From NCBI GenBank assembly GCA_048939015.1, contig JBHLPW010000011.1:1-26919 (forward strand): a DNA stretch of 26,919 nucleotides. The letters run 5' to 3'. The position numbers and the translations under genes are program-made. Below are positions 1 through 9,993 of the stretch, piece by piece. Source of the DNA: Promethearchaeota archaeon. Lineage in GTDB: Archaea > Asgardarchaeota > Lokiarchaeia > Sigyniarchaeales > SOKP01. A model generated the notes under the pieces. It saw only the letters and a list, made by a program, of their open reading frames with translations, had not been told where the DNA came from and searched no databases. The number at the start of each line of letters is the position of its first letter. Position 1 is the stretch's first letter.

Positions 1-137
1 ACTTTATAACTCTCTAATAACCATCACTGAATAGATAATTATTATAAGATGAATTATCTTCATCTTTATAATAAAGTGGTTAATAAATAGTTATTTTCAA
101 AAAAATAGTTAAAAACACAGTAGAAATTATTACTATA

Positions 138-551
138 ATGAGTTATAATCATTGCTTACGATGTGGAAGAAAGTTAACAAATCTAATAAGTAAAGAAAGA
201 GGATTTGGAAGAACTTGTTTTAAAATTAAACAAATGGAAAAAGAAAATAAGGTTAATGAAGAAGTCCTTAGAGAAATCAATTTTCTCAAATGCGAAATCA
301 AAATGCTAAAAGGGTTATATCATCAAATAAAAACAAATGGAATTAGATATCAAGAAGATCCTATTGAACGAATAAAAAGAGAAGAATCTGCTAAAATTGA
401 AGATCCACTTTTGAGTAAATACAGGAATGCCTTTAAAGAGTGCATTTCAGAGTTAAAGGAAGTTCTTAAAGAACGAGCTAATAAAATTGAAGAAACTTTA
501 GATAGATTGCCAATAATAATTGAGAAAGAATTTGATTTAGCAGAAGTTTAA
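138..551 (+). CDS. DUF6011-like Zn-binding N-terminal domain protein with coiled-coil C-terminus
   Basis: N-terminal HCLRCGRKLT-x4-KERGFGRTC matches the CxxCGRxL...GxGxxC pattern of DUF6011. The remainder is a charged helical/coiled-coil region. Confidence 0.6.
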   Translation: MSYNHCLRCGRKLTNLISKERGFGRTCFKIKQMEKENKVNEEVLREINFLKCEIKMLKGLYHQIKTNGIRYQEDPIERIKREESAKIEDPLLSKYRNAFKECISELKEVLKERANKIEETLDRLPIIIEKEFDLAEV

Positions 552-627
552 TACTTTTATTATTTAAGCTCTTAATCATTAATATCTTTTTAATTGAAGA
601 GTTATAATTTTAGTGGATAAGAAAATT

Positions 628-639
628 AAAAAAAAAAAA
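628..639 (-). terminator. Putative archaeal U-rich terminator (T12 on minus strand) downstream of the MCP gene
   Basis: A12 run about 45 nt downstream of the MCP stop, in a convergent intergenic region. Confidence 0.35.
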
Positions 640-682
640 TCAAAAATTAAAGCATCAAATAATTCTAAAAACTTAGGTTATC

Positions 683-1495
683 TTAAACTTCATTTGTTAA
701 TTTATTTTTTAAATCATCAGAAAAAGTGCCAAGTTTATTAGCTGTTGCTGAAATTTCTTCCATGGAAGCTGTTTGTTGTTCCGCCGATGCACTAATTCCT
801 TCCATAGAATTGAATGTTGAATTAATTTTATTTACCACATCCATAATATCTTTATTCGTATCAAGAACAGCAGTTTTTGCTTCTTCTGCCAATTTTCGAA
901 CCTCATCTGCAACAACTGCAAATCCTCTACCTTGTTCTCCTGCTCTACCTGCTTCAATACTGGCATTTAGCGCTAATAAATTTGTTTGATCTGCAATATT
1001 AGTTACCAGATCAATAACATTTCTTATATTATTAGTGGCATTTATAGCTTCTTGGGCTTCTTGCGTTATAAGTTGAGTAGAGCTTGAAATTTCTTCTGAG
1101 GCAGCGTTCACTTCACTTGCACTTGCCGCTAATTCAGTAGCAATATTTGAAACATTTATAGATGCAGCGGAACTTTCTTTTAATATAGTAGATATTTTCA
1201 ATTCTTGTTTCTGAATTATTTTAACTAAATAATAGATCGCAAAAATAACATAACAACAAGCAATTAAAATAAATATGCTTCTATAGATTTGATTATCAAA
1301 TAATACATATGATCCTCCTGTAAAACCCATAATATTAATGGTAGATATTAGAATATGTAATGCGACTTTAAATCCTATCGATTTTCTTTTTAATTTAAAT
1401 TTTCTCTGGATGAATATAAAAGCACTGACAATTATGACTCCAAATGCACCAAACATCATTAATTCGTTAGAAAGGGATAATGTAAGAAAAAGCAC
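683..1495 (-). CDS. Methyl-accepting chemotaxis protein-like receptor (about 3 TM helices plus a short MCP signalling domain)
   Basis: Hairpin-tip signature [37 protein letters not shown], methylation-type helices ([27 protein letters not shown]), hydrophobic N-terminus, and an AGGTGA SD upstream of the GTG start. Confidence 0.9.
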   Translation of the reverse strand: MLFLTLSLSNELMMFGAFGVIIVSAFIFIQRKFKLKRKSIGFKVALHILISTINIMGFTGGSYVLFDNQIYRSIFILIACCYVIFAIYYLVKIIQKQELKISTILKESSAASINVSNIATELAASASEVNAASEEISSSTQLITQEAQEAINATNNIRNVIDLVTNIADQTNLLALNASIEAGRAGEQGRGFAVVADEVRKLAEEAKTAVLDTNKDIMDVVNKINSTFNSMEGISASAEQQTASMEEISATANKLGTFSDDLKNKLTNEV

Positions 1496-1661
1496 AATTG
1501 ATCACCTACTAGATAAATTTTATAAAATTAGTTGATTAATAATACAAATTTTATATAAAATTACCCTTTTGTAAAATTGTTCCACCTATTAGGTATCTTA
1601 TTTAAAAAAAAATCTTGTGAAAGGATATAATAAAATTCATATCTCTAAATTGATATTATCC

Positions 1662-3377
1662 TTACCTTTTAGCAAAGGGTTCAAGGTCTAAGGCTTCAAA
1701 AATTTCATCAACGGATTCTATTGTTCCTAAAAAGTGCCATTCTCCTTCTTCGACATTTTGACCAGAACCATATTTCGAAGCCATATCATAAAGCCTATTA
1801 AAATTTCCATAATGCAAAGCAACTCGATTTTCTGCATAATCTCGAGCAGACCACGTAGTTATTAAAAATTGCCAGTCGCTACTTTCTAAAAGAAGAAGTT
1901 CTCTAGCCATCTGCTTCAGGATTTTAATTAGATTAGGATCATTAGAATCTTTATATTTTGCTATGATATCTTCACTCTTCGCTTCACATTCATAGATTCT
2001 TTCCCATGTCCAAGTTGTCCACTCATTTAACCACACCCAGTGAGAACTTGCTTGGCCCCAAGAGCCTTCAATTACGCTTACTACTTTATTTGGGGGATTA
2101 GCTTCAAGATATAATCTAGTATTAGTCAATTCTACTTCTGGATCATCTTCCACCCACCTAAGAACTCTGGCTATCCACCAATTTCCCTCAAACCACCAAT
2201 GTCCAAATAACTCTGCATCATAGGGTGCTACTACAATTCCGTTGTTCCCATTCTTATTTTTGTAATCTCTTAATATATCTTTAATTAGATTTAAATAATG
2301 TCCTGCATTTTCATCCAGTTTACCAGGTACGTCGTCTGGCCAATATAACATCTTTTTGCCCAAATCCAGCTTAGGGCTCGTAACCTTCCAGTATTTCAAT
2401 CCGCCAGGCCAGTTCTTTTTATGAAAATCGAGATATTCAGCACAACCAGGATATCCATGCTCTCCACTCCATACTACAATTCCAGTTTTTTCATCTCTTG
2501 TAAAAAAACCGACGGGTCCAGGAGTGCTAGGATCAGTTGATACTAAATATGGTTCATATTGAGATTTTTCAAAAGAAGTTGGGATTTCTTCATATTGCGA
2601 TTCAAATTGTTTCCAGAGCTCTGCAAGTAAAGGAAATCGAGCGGCATAAACTCCTTGTGATTTTCCACCTAAGAGTAAAGCGGTATCAATAAAAAAGTAT
2701 TTTAACCCATTTTTAGCAAGAAAATATTCCACGCCAGGGCGATTATATTCTTCTCCAGTTATAGGATTTTTCCAACGATATCCTGGACGATAAGCACATT
2801 CTGGTAGCCATACTCCTGTAGGTGCTCTTCCAAAATGACTTTTGTAATTATCAACTGCTGTTTTAAATTGAGCATCTATTGATGAATCTTTAGATAGTAA
2901 TGGAGCATAACCATGAGTTGCTCCACAAGTGATGATATCAATTAGTCCTATATCTTGAAGTTTTTTAAATGCTCCCACAACATCCTTATTATATCGATTT
3001 ATAAAATTATCTCTAACTCGATCATAGAATTCCTGCCACCATTTAGTTAATTTGATTCTTCCGTCAGTATATTTATTTTCAGTAAAATTTTCAAAATCAT
3101 TTACAGCAGCATTATATTTTTCTTCTAGATATCCTTGAAAACCATCAATAAATCTAGGATGGCGAAGCATCTCACACAATACTGGAGTAAGACCAATAGT
3201 TAGTTTTGGATGGTATCCATCATCAACAAGTTTATATAATTCTATTAGAAGTGGAATATACGTCTCTGCAGCTGCCTCATTAACCCAATCCATTCCATGT
3301 GGCCATACACCATGTCCCAATACCCATGGAAGGTGGCTATGTAAAACAAAACAGAATGAACCTAAATTTTCAGTCAT
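1662..3377 (-). CDS. GH57 family 1,4-alpha-glucan branching enzyme (DUF1957 type)
   Basis: Motifs HSHLPWV, ETYIPL, ATHGYAPLL, nucleophile WLPECAY, acid/base PYDAELFGHWWFEG and C-terminal RELLLLESSDWQF, typical of TK1436-like branching enzymes. Confidence 0.92.
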   Translation of the reverse strand: MTENLGSFCFVLHSHLPWVLGHGVWPHGMDWVNEAAAETYIPLLIELYKLVDDGYHPKLTIGLTPVLCEMLRHPRFIDGFQGYLEEKYNAAVNDFENFTENKYTDGRIKLTKWWQEFYDRVRDNFINRYNKDVVGAFKKLQDIGLIDIITCGATHGYAPLLSKDSSIDAQFKTAVDNYKSHFGRAPTGVWLPECAYRPGYRWKNPITGEEYNRPGVEYFLAKNGLKYFFIDTALLLGGKSQGVYAARFPLLAELWKQFESQYEEIPTSFEKSQYEPYLVSTDPSTPGPVGFFTRDEKTGIVVWSGEHGYPGCAEYLDFHKKNWPGGLKYWKVTSPKLDLGKKMLYWPDDVPGKLDENAGHYLNLIKDILRDYKNKNGNNGIVVAPYDAELFGHWWFEGNWWIARVLRWVEDDPEVELTNTRLYLEANPPNKVVSVIEGSWGQASSHWVWLNEWTTWTWERIYECEAKSEDIIAKYKDSNDPNLIKILKQMARELLLLESSDWQFLITTWSARDYAENRVALHYGNFNRLYDMASKYGSGQNVEEGEWHFLGTIESVDEIFEALDLEPFAKR

Positions 3378-3565
3378 AATTATTTAATTTTTATTGAAGG
3401 TAATGAACAGAAAGAAGTAAATTTTATTTAAAATTCTATTTCTAATAAACTAAAAATAGGGTAGATTTAACTTAAAATCGTTAAAGTTATATATTCTTAT
3501 TTATAGCTTTTTATCATATAATTTCCAATTGAACGATTATTGAAATTCTAAAAAAGTCGTGTTTA

Positions 3566-4954
3566 ATGATTCACAATCCAATAGAAAACCTTAATGAGTT
3601 AAAAAAGAACGGAAGAATTATAGGAAAAGCAAATTACGTCTTTACACCAGAGATATCAAGCTCAATAGGATCTATTCATGGTAGTTTCTTCAAACAAAAT
3701 GAGTCTATTGTCATGGGGAGAGATTTCCATAATGATAGCCGGATGTTAAAAAGAGCTTATACTTCAGGTATGATGTCTACAGGGATAAATCTTTTAAATC
3801 TCTCAGATTGTACATTTCCATTATTGCAATTTACAATTCGACGCTTTGGGGCCAGTGGTGGAGTTTATTTCTCTGGAGGTCATTTATATAGTGAAGATGT
3901 TGGAATAAGGTTTTTGGATGCTGGCGGTATTGAGTTGACCCAATCAGAAATCGACAAAATAATAGAATCTTACAATAATTATCCTCGGCAAATAAGAAGA
4001 GTAGATCCAAATGAAATTGGACAAATAACGGCAATACCTCAGACTGCAGATGTTTATATCAAATCTCTTCAGCAATTTGTAGATAAAAAGAAGATAAAAA
4101 AAGCGAACTTAAAAATTGTGGTAGATTGTTCTTATGGACCAACAGGTAAAATAACACCACTTTTAATTAATGATATAGGAGTTGAAGTCATAGCTTTAAA
4201 CACTCATTATCGCGAAAGGGCTTCAAGTCCAGTACCTAGTATTAATACCATTCGTAATACAGCAGACATCGTGAAAGCATCAAATAGCCATCTTGGAGTA
4301 TGTTTTGATGTAGACGGTTCAAGAATTTTAGTGATAGATGAAAATGGACTTGAAATAACCTTCGAAGATCTATTAATGCTTTTTATTTCATTTGATAAAA
4401 GAATTCAAAGATCGAAATCTAGTACCATCATTACAACGCCTTCGATATCTACAGTTGTGAGAAATTTCGTCGAGGATAGCGGTTTTCCTATAAAGCAAGT
4501 AGAAAATTACCCTGGAGAGATTTCAAGGCAAATAAGAGAAGAACGCGCATGTTTTGCTGCAGCAGATACTTTAAAATACTATTTCCCAGAATATAGTCCC
4601 TTTTCAGATGGTAACTTTATTCTACTTAAGATTTTAGAAATAATGACTACTCAAGATGACCTCCTTAGCTCATTAACAAGAGGATTTCCAAAAGGTATTA
4701 AAATAAATAAAGCTATACCAGTTTCTTCAGAATTGATTGAAAACATCCATAATCGATTAAGAATGATGGCAGACGAGAATGGATACAAATATCATGATAT
4801 TATAAATGAATTAAAGATAATCGATAACGATACATATACAACCATTAGGGTAGCTTTATATAGAAATGCATTACTTTTGTCAGCTGAATCGAAAGAAAAA
4901 GAAAAAGCTCAAAAAATGATCACTGAATTAGAGGAAATTATATCCAAACTTTAA
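3566..4954 (+). CDS. Alpha-D-phosphohexomutase (PGM/PMM) fold protein with degenerate catalytic motifs
   Basis: Family layout is present (G..N..FTPE, MGRD...DSRMLKRA, KIVVDCSYG, GVCFDVDGSR), but the phosphoserine loop reads FSGGH instead of TASHN. Confidence 0.85.
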   Translation: MIHNPIENLNELKKNGRIIGKANYVFTPEISSSIGSIHGSFFKQNESIVMGRDFHNDSRMLKRAYTSGMMSTGINLLNLSDCTFPLLQFTIRRFGASGGVYFSGGHLYSEDVGIRFLDAGGIELTQSEIDKIIESYNNYPRQIRRVDPNEIGQITAIPQTADVYIKSLQQFVDKKKIKKANLKIVVDCSYGPTGKITPLLINDIGVEVIALNTHYRERASSPVPSINTIRNTADIVKASNSHLGVCFDVDGSRILVIDENGLEITFEDLLMLFISFDKRIQRSKSSTIITTPSISTVVRNFVEDSGFPIKQVENYPGEISRQIREERACFAAADTLKYYFPEYSPFSDGNFILLKILEIMTTQDDLLSSLTRGFPKGIKINKAIPVSSELIENIHNRLRMMADENGYKYHDIINELKIIDNDTYTTIRVALYRNALLLSAESKEKEKAQKMITELEEIISKL

Positions 4955-5051
4955 AATTTTATTTTCTGTATAATATGGAATTAAAATTTAAAATAAATAG
5001 AATCAATTATATAATAATATAATTATAACATAAGTTTCAAAAAAAGATGAT

Positions 5052-5714
5052 TTGATCATGGTATTTGACATTAGTTCTGTAATAATTCTGATAACATTGA
5101 CAATTATATTTGTAGTCTTTTTAATTTTTGATTTATTCGGGAGGAATGAGCAATACGGTTATTTAGCTTATATTGTAGCGGTAGTACCAGTAAACTATTT
5201 TTGGGCTATAGGAGGAGATCCGCTTATCGTTTATATTCTTCTTTTCGTTCTCTGGATTATTACCATCCTACGTGATACAATTGCAGTATATCAAAAGAAA
5301 GATAAGGAGATTAATGAAATACTTATGTATCTTGCTCTTGGAATACTTGTACAATTAATTGTTTCTGCAATATTACCAGAAACTATTTCAACCTTACAAG
5401 CAACTACAGATAAATTTTGGTTTTTCTGGTTACCTAATGTACATTCTCCAATTTTTGATGAAACAATTGCTTTGGTATTTAAGATTACAGTTACGATTTT
5501 GATATTTCTTGTTATTATTCCATTAATCCTTGACGTTAAAGATGAAGAAATACCCTTACCCATTGTTATCGTTTTCGTTGTTTTATTTGTTGTTCCTTTT
5601 TTATATCTAAGTTACGTCTGGATTCCTGAAGCAATGGGGGTTTTAACTTTTCTTTTCGCGGTAATTCTCTTTATAATTTTATTACTTATAACAAGAGGCC
5701 AAGAAAAAAAATAA
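5052..5714 (+). CDS. Hypothetical polytopic membrane protein (about 7 TM)
   Basis: 220-aa ORF dominated by long hydrophobic segments. No family motif recognised. Confidence 0.75.
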   Translation: MIMVFDISSVIILITLTIIFVVFLIFDLFGRNEQYGYLAYIVAVVPVNYFWAIGGDPLIVYILLFVLWIITILRDTIAVYQKKDKEINEILMYLALGILVQLIVSAILPETISTLQATTDKFWFFWLPNVHSPIFDETIALVFKITVTILIFLVIIPLILDVKDEEIPLPIVIVFVVLFVVPFLYLSYVWIPEAMGVLTFLFAVILFIILLLITRGQEKK

Positions 5715-5724
5715 AATACCTTAA

Positions 5725-5733
5725 TTTTTTTTT
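5725..5733 (+). terminator. Putative U-rich terminator
   Basis: T9 run 10 nt after the stop of 5052..5714, in a convergent intergenic region. Confidence 0.35.
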
Positions 5734-5825
5734 ATCTTCTCTAAACTTTCTATTATTATTAATTTAAAATCAAAATAATTCTTATATTAAGAAATAAAAA
5801 GAAATTTCCAACTAGATCATGGGAT

Positions 5826-7145
5826 CTAGTTGTCTATATCAAGTATAAGATATTTTCTTGTGTAAAAAAATGCAATTAATAAAATTAAAGAACAAATTGG
5901 ACTCCAGATAATTAATCCCATTGAATATGACAAGGATCCCACTGTAATTTCTGGTAATTCATTTATAGCACCTAACAAAAATACCCCAAGGGCTTGAAAA
6001 ATGTTTAAAAAAATCGATGGTACACCAGTATATGTTCCAGCTTTTAATTCTCCAGTAGTTCTTTTGTCATGTTCAGCGAGATCAGCAAAAATTACGGCAG
6101 GCAACAAATACCATCCTCCCAATGATGCACCAATACCAATTATAAAAAATAGTCCTACAAATAAAAAATTATTTAAAGGTATCAAACCTAATAATGTAAT
6201 TGGAAGGACTAACGCAGCTGAAATGTAAATATATAGCATAGTTTGTTTTTTTCCGAATTTTTGTATTACCCTTCTCCAGATTTCAAGAAAAGTAATAACA
6301 CAAAAGAAATTTATGCTAAAAATTAATAAATATTCACTTAGTTCTAAATTTAAAACCGTTTCAAAAAAAGGGAGCATTTGTGTGATTATCATAACCCATG
6401 CAACACTTGAAATACCAATGGTTATAGCAACTGCCATAAAATTCTTATTTTTTAGGCAAATCTTTAAAATTTCTTGAAGATTCGATTTTATCTTAACTTC
6501 AGGCTCTGTTGGCATTAAAAATGCATTTAAGCAAAAAAGGATAATGGTTAAAAAACCAAAAAGGCATATGGGAATGACAAAAGTGAAAGGAAGAGCATTC
6601 GGATTAGTAGAAATTAGATCAAAGACTTGGGTTAACACTAAATAAGTATAACTCCAATAAACTAAAGTCCCAAACAAATTAAATATGTTTTGTATTTGAG
6701 AGACTTTTGGACGTTCATTTATATCGAAATGTTCAGCCATCCATGCTTGATATGGTACAGTTATACCAAAACTAGCTCTAAATAGAATTTCCCAGATTAA
6801 TAACCACATGAAAAGAACGAATTTATTATTCATATCAGATAAAAATAACGAAGGTAACATCAAGAATATAAAGGAAAGTCCAATGACAGGGGCAAAAATA
6901 ATTATATATAGCTTTCTCCTACCCCACCTTGTATACTTCATATCACTAATCCATCCAAATAAAAATGAAAACAAAGCAATGCTAATATAGCCCATAGATA
7001 AAGCTAACCCTACAAGAAAAGGTGGGACCTGATATGCTATAGTATATAAGGCAAATACGCTAAATCCCTCAATTCCAAGTACCATTGACAACCCTATCCT
7101 AGGCATAGCAAAAATAATAGTTTTTTTTATACCCATAGCTAACAC
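5826..7145 (-). CDS. MFS transporter, GPH (MelB/MFS_2) glycoside-cation symporter family
   Basis: About 12 TM segments, with motifs GWISD..YTRWGRRK, PYQAWMAE...ER, QKFGKK and FADLAEHD...TGELKAGTYTG. Confidence 0.88.
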   Translation of the reverse strand: MLAMGIKKTIIFAMPRIGLSMVLGIEGFSVFALYTIAYQVPPFLVGLALSMGYISIALFSFLFGWISDMKYTRWGRRKLYIIIFAPVIGLSFIFLMLPSLFLSDMNNKFVLFMWLLIWEILFRASFGITVPYQAWMAEHFDINERPKVSQIQNIFNLFGTLVYWSYTYLVLTQVFDLISTNPNALPFTFVIPICLFGFLTIILFCLNAFLMPTEPEVKIKSNLQEILKICLKNKNFMAVAITIGISSVAWVMIITQMLPFFETVLNLELSEYLLIFSINFFCVITFLEIWRRVIQKFGKKQTMLYIYISAALVLPITLLGLIPLNNFLFVGLFFIIGIGASLGGWYLLPAVIFADLAEHDKRTTGELKAGTYTGVPSIFLNIFQALGVFLLGAINELPEITVGSLSYSMGLIIWSPICSLILLIAFFYTRKYLILDIDN

Positions 7146-7431
7146 ATCGATATAAATGATTAATTTCGCTTAAAACTTTTAATGTTTAATCTATATAAAA
7201 TGTTAACCATAGAATAAATCGTTTCCAATTTTAATATTCTATATAAATAATTATATAAATTTAACCGAAAGAACTCAAAAATAGATTAATTTAAAAGATT
7301 AGTTTATATAACCTAGTGTAACTCACAATTTAAATAATCAATTATTTATTTATTTCATAAATCTTATTTCATAAAAAAAATAACAAATTTACTAACAATT
7401 CATAATAAAAATTTAGATTAAATATTAAAAA

Positions 7432-8430
7432 ATGGCAAAGAAAAAAAGCAGTACAGATGAAGATAGTACAGAAAAAGTTCTAAATTCAAAATCTTCTTAC
7501 AGTTTAAAAGATTTGCCGGGTGTTGGAGATGCAACTGTTAAAAAGTTGATGGAGGCTGGAATTGTATCCATTAGAACTCTTGCCATGTATCCATTGAAAA
7601 AATTAATGGATGAAGCCGGTATAGGTGAGAAGACAGCAGAAAAGATAATTAAAGTAGCACAAGACATAGAAAAAATGGGTTTCAAGTCTGCTGATAGAAT
7701 TTGGGAGAAAAGGAAGACTCTGAAAAAATTAACTACTGGCAGTCAGAATTTAGATGACTTATTGATTGGAGGAATTGAACCTGGAGCGGTTACAGAAATA
7801 TTTGGTGAGTATCGGACTGGAAAGACCCAATTAGCGCATCAATTATGTGTTAATGTACAACTCTCCTATGAAGAAGGAGGTCTTGAAGGGGGAGCTTTAT
7901 ATATTGACACTGAGGGCACTTTTAGACCAGAAAGAATAATACAAATGGCGGTTGCAAAAGATTTAGATCACAATTTAATTTTAAAGAATATAACTGTTGG
8001 AAGAGCTTATAATAGTGATCATCAAATTTTGTTAGCCAGAGAGGCTCCCATAATCATAAGAGAAAAAAATATAAAATTAATTATAGTAGATTCACTAATA
8101 GGACATTTTCGTAGTGAGTATATTGGTAGGGGGACATTAGCAGAGCGCCAGCAAATTATTAATACTCATATACACGATTTATTAAGGTTAACTGAAACCT
8201 ATGACGAATTAGCTGTAGTATTTACAAATCAGGTATCTGCTAGACCAGACGTATTTTATGGTAATCCTCTAATTCATACCGGTGGGCATGTTGTTGCTCA
8301 TGGAGCTACTATTAGGATTTTTTTAAGAAAAGGAAAAGGCGAACAACGAGTAGCGAAAGTCGTTGACGCACCTCATATTCCCGAAAGTGATACTGTGTTT
8401 TCAATTACGGAAGATGGTATAAGAGATTAA
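7432..8430 (+). CDS. radA: DNA repair and recombination protein RadA
   Basis: N-terminal HhH (LPGVG), FxxA polymerisation motif (GFKSA), Walker A GEYRTGKTQ, YIDTEGTFRPER, Walker B LIIVDS and LRKGKG. No intein. Confidence 0.97.
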   Translation: MAKKKSSTDEDSTEKVLNSKSSYSLKDLPGVGDATVKKLMEAGIVSIRTLAMYPLKKLMDEAGIGEKTAEKIIKVAQDIEKMGFKSADRIWEKRKTLKKLTTGSQNLDDLLIGGIEPGAVTEIFGEYRTGKTQLAHQLCVNVQLSYEEGGLEGGALYIDTEGTFRPERIIQMAVAKDLDHNLILKNITVGRAYNSDHQILLAREAPIIIREKNIKLIIVDSLIGHFRSEYIGRGTLAERQQIINTHIHDLLRLTETYDELAVVFTNQVSARPDVFYGNPLIHTGGHVVAHGATIRIFLRKGKGEQRVAKVVDAPHIPESDTVFSITEDGIRD

Positions 8431-8443
8431 TTTTTAAAGAAGA

Positions 8444-8881
8444 TCAATAATCAAGATTAATATTTATATCTATTCCCTCTCTTATAGATTCTGAGATGAT
8501 ACAGAACTGCTTAAAACTCTTCTGACATTGATCTAAATTTTTACGTATTTCAGAATTATCGATCTTTGGATTTAATGTTATATCGATTTTTTTCAGCCTC
8601 CAAAAACCATTTTCGTTTTTCATACTCGTAACAATTGCCTTACCTTCGATATCTGACAATGAAACGTTATTCTTTTTACAACAGAATGTAAGACTACCTG
8701 CTAAGCAACCTAAAACTGATAAAGCTAACAATTTAGATGGATTAGGTCCAATTTTATTAATTGATCTTTTATTATATTCATCAATAAATAGATCATTCAT
8801 CTGTATTTTACCAAGATCGCACTTAAATATCATATCATTTTCTAGTTTTATACCAACTTCAGATTTATACTCATTTGACAA
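8444..8881 (-). CDS. OsmC/Ohr-family peroxiredoxin-like protein (paralog 1)
   Basis: GPNPSKLL...LGCL and C-terminal FCIISESIREG give the two OsmC cysteines. TTG start with an AAGGTGA SD at 8888-8894. Confidence 0.85.
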   Translation of the reverse strand: MSNEYKSEVGIKLENDMIFKCDLGKIQMNDLFIDEYNKRSINKIGPNPSKLLALSVLGCLAGSLTFCCKKNNVSLSDIEGKAIVTSMKNENGFWRLKKIDITLNPKIDNSEIRKNLDQCQKSFKQFCIISESIREGIDININLDY

Positions 8882-8887
8882 TTTTTA

Positions 8888-8894
8888 TCACCTT
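8888..8894 (-). promoter_or_regulatory. Shine-Dalgarno AAGGTGA for OsmC paralog 1
   Basis: Reads AAGGTGATAAAAA-TTG on the minus strand. Confidence 0.7.
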
Positions 8895-8897
8895 AAA

Positions 8898-9365
8898 TTA
8901 TATATCAAGATTAACATTTACCTCAATACCTGCACGTACGGACTGTGTTACTATACAATATTGTTCAAAAAAACTAACACCATCTTTTACTCCTTTTAAA
9001 CATTGTTTTGCTCTTTTGAGTGCTTCAGGATCTTCTATTATTGGTTCAATATTAACATCAATTTTTTTAATTCTTAAAAATCCTTTTTCATTTCTGGCAA
9101 TAGTAACTTCTGCTTCGGCTTTAAAGTCATCAACCTTGAAGTCTCTTTTTTTAAGACAGAAAATAAAACTTGCACTCAAACAGCCCAACACACCCAAAGC
9201 GAGCATTCTAGAAGGATTAGGTCCTAGCATATCCACTTCTGTATGATGTTCCTCATCAATATAACAATCTTTTACTTTCATAATACCGAGATCACATTTG
9301 AAAATCATCTGAGACTCAAATTCATCTAATTTTAACCCAACTTTAGTTTTAATTTCTTCTGAAAT
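8898..9365 (-). CDS. OsmC/Ohr-family peroxiredoxin-like protein (paralog 2); probable ATT start at 9365, giving 155 aa
   Basis: Motifs GPNPSRML...LGCL and YCIVTQSVRAG. The frame upstream of the ATG at 9308 encodes ISEEIKTKVGLKLDEFESQ, homologous to the paralog N-terminus MSNEYKSEVGIKLEND. GAGGTG SD lies 6 nt upstream of the ATT. Confidence 0.85.
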   Translation of the reverse strand: MSEEIKTKVGLKLDEFESQMIFKCDLGIMKVKDCYIDEEHHTEVDMLGPNPSRMLALGVLGCLSASFIFCLKKRDFKVDDFKAEAEVTIARNEKGFLRIKKIDVNIEPIIEDPEALKRAKQCLKGVKDGVSFFEQYCIVTQSVRAGIEVNVNLDI

Positions 9366-9368
9366 AAC

Positions 9369-9971
9369 TTACACCTCTTTAATTTTTTTCTCAATTTTTT
9401 TTAAGTGAAAGTGTCTGGATAAATGAAACCAGATAAATGGAATATATAGTAGAATTATATATATAAATTGAAAAGCAAAAAGTATTCCCATAACTATCAT
9501 AAGAATAAAGAGAATAATCTCTATAATTAAAAATAATTTATTATTATAATATTTAGCATCAAAGAAAGATGAAGGGTTCTTATATTCTGATAAATATTGG
9601 GGGAGATTTTCAAATTCCTCTTTTGAAATGAGGAATTTAAATCCAACCTGTTTTTGTTGAAAATACAATAAATTAGTGCCCCAATCTAAAGTATCAATAA
9701 TGATATGGGTGAAATATGAAATTGCGCTTATAATTAAAATTGTCCAATTAAAAATTAGCCCAATGAATAACATAATCACGCTTGGAATTATCGAATGGGT
9801 AATTAACAATCTATGATTATTTTGTTTCGCAAATTTAGAAAAAAAAATATCAAAATCACAAATAAAGGAAAACAAGACTATCATTGAAAATTCAAAAAGG
9901 TTGAAATTGAAAATCTGGTTTAAAATGGATGCAAATATAAAACCAACAGCAAAATGACTATTTATGTGCAT
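9369..9971 (-). CDS. Membrane-bound metal-dependent hydrolase (YdjM-like)
   Basis: Motifs MHINSH, CDFD, HRLLITHS and THIIIDTLD with about 4-5 TM segments. Confidence 0.75.
   Translation of the reverse strand: MHINSHFAVGFIFASILNQIFNFNLFEFSMIVLFSFICDFDIFFSKFAKQNNHRLLITHSIIPSVIMLFIGLIFNWTILIISAISYFTHIIIDTLDWGTNLLYFQQKQVGFKFLISKEEFENLPQYLSEYKNPSSFFDAKYYNNKLFLIIEIILFILMIVMGILFAFQFIYIILLYIPFIWFHLSRHFHLKKIEKKIKEV
9372..9377 (-). promoter_or_regulatory. Shine-Dalgarno GAGGTG embedded in the last codons of the upstream gene
   Basis: Reads GAGGTG-TAAGTT-ATT TCA GAA GAA on the minus strand. Confidence 0.6.
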
Positions 9972-9993
9972 ATGGATCTTTTTATTATTTTGA

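Noticed and set aside
5052-5714. 7-TM protein as a rhodopsin or GPCR-like receptor
   Set aside because: No retinal-binding Lys motif in the last helix and no other diagnostic residues. TM count alone is insufficient.
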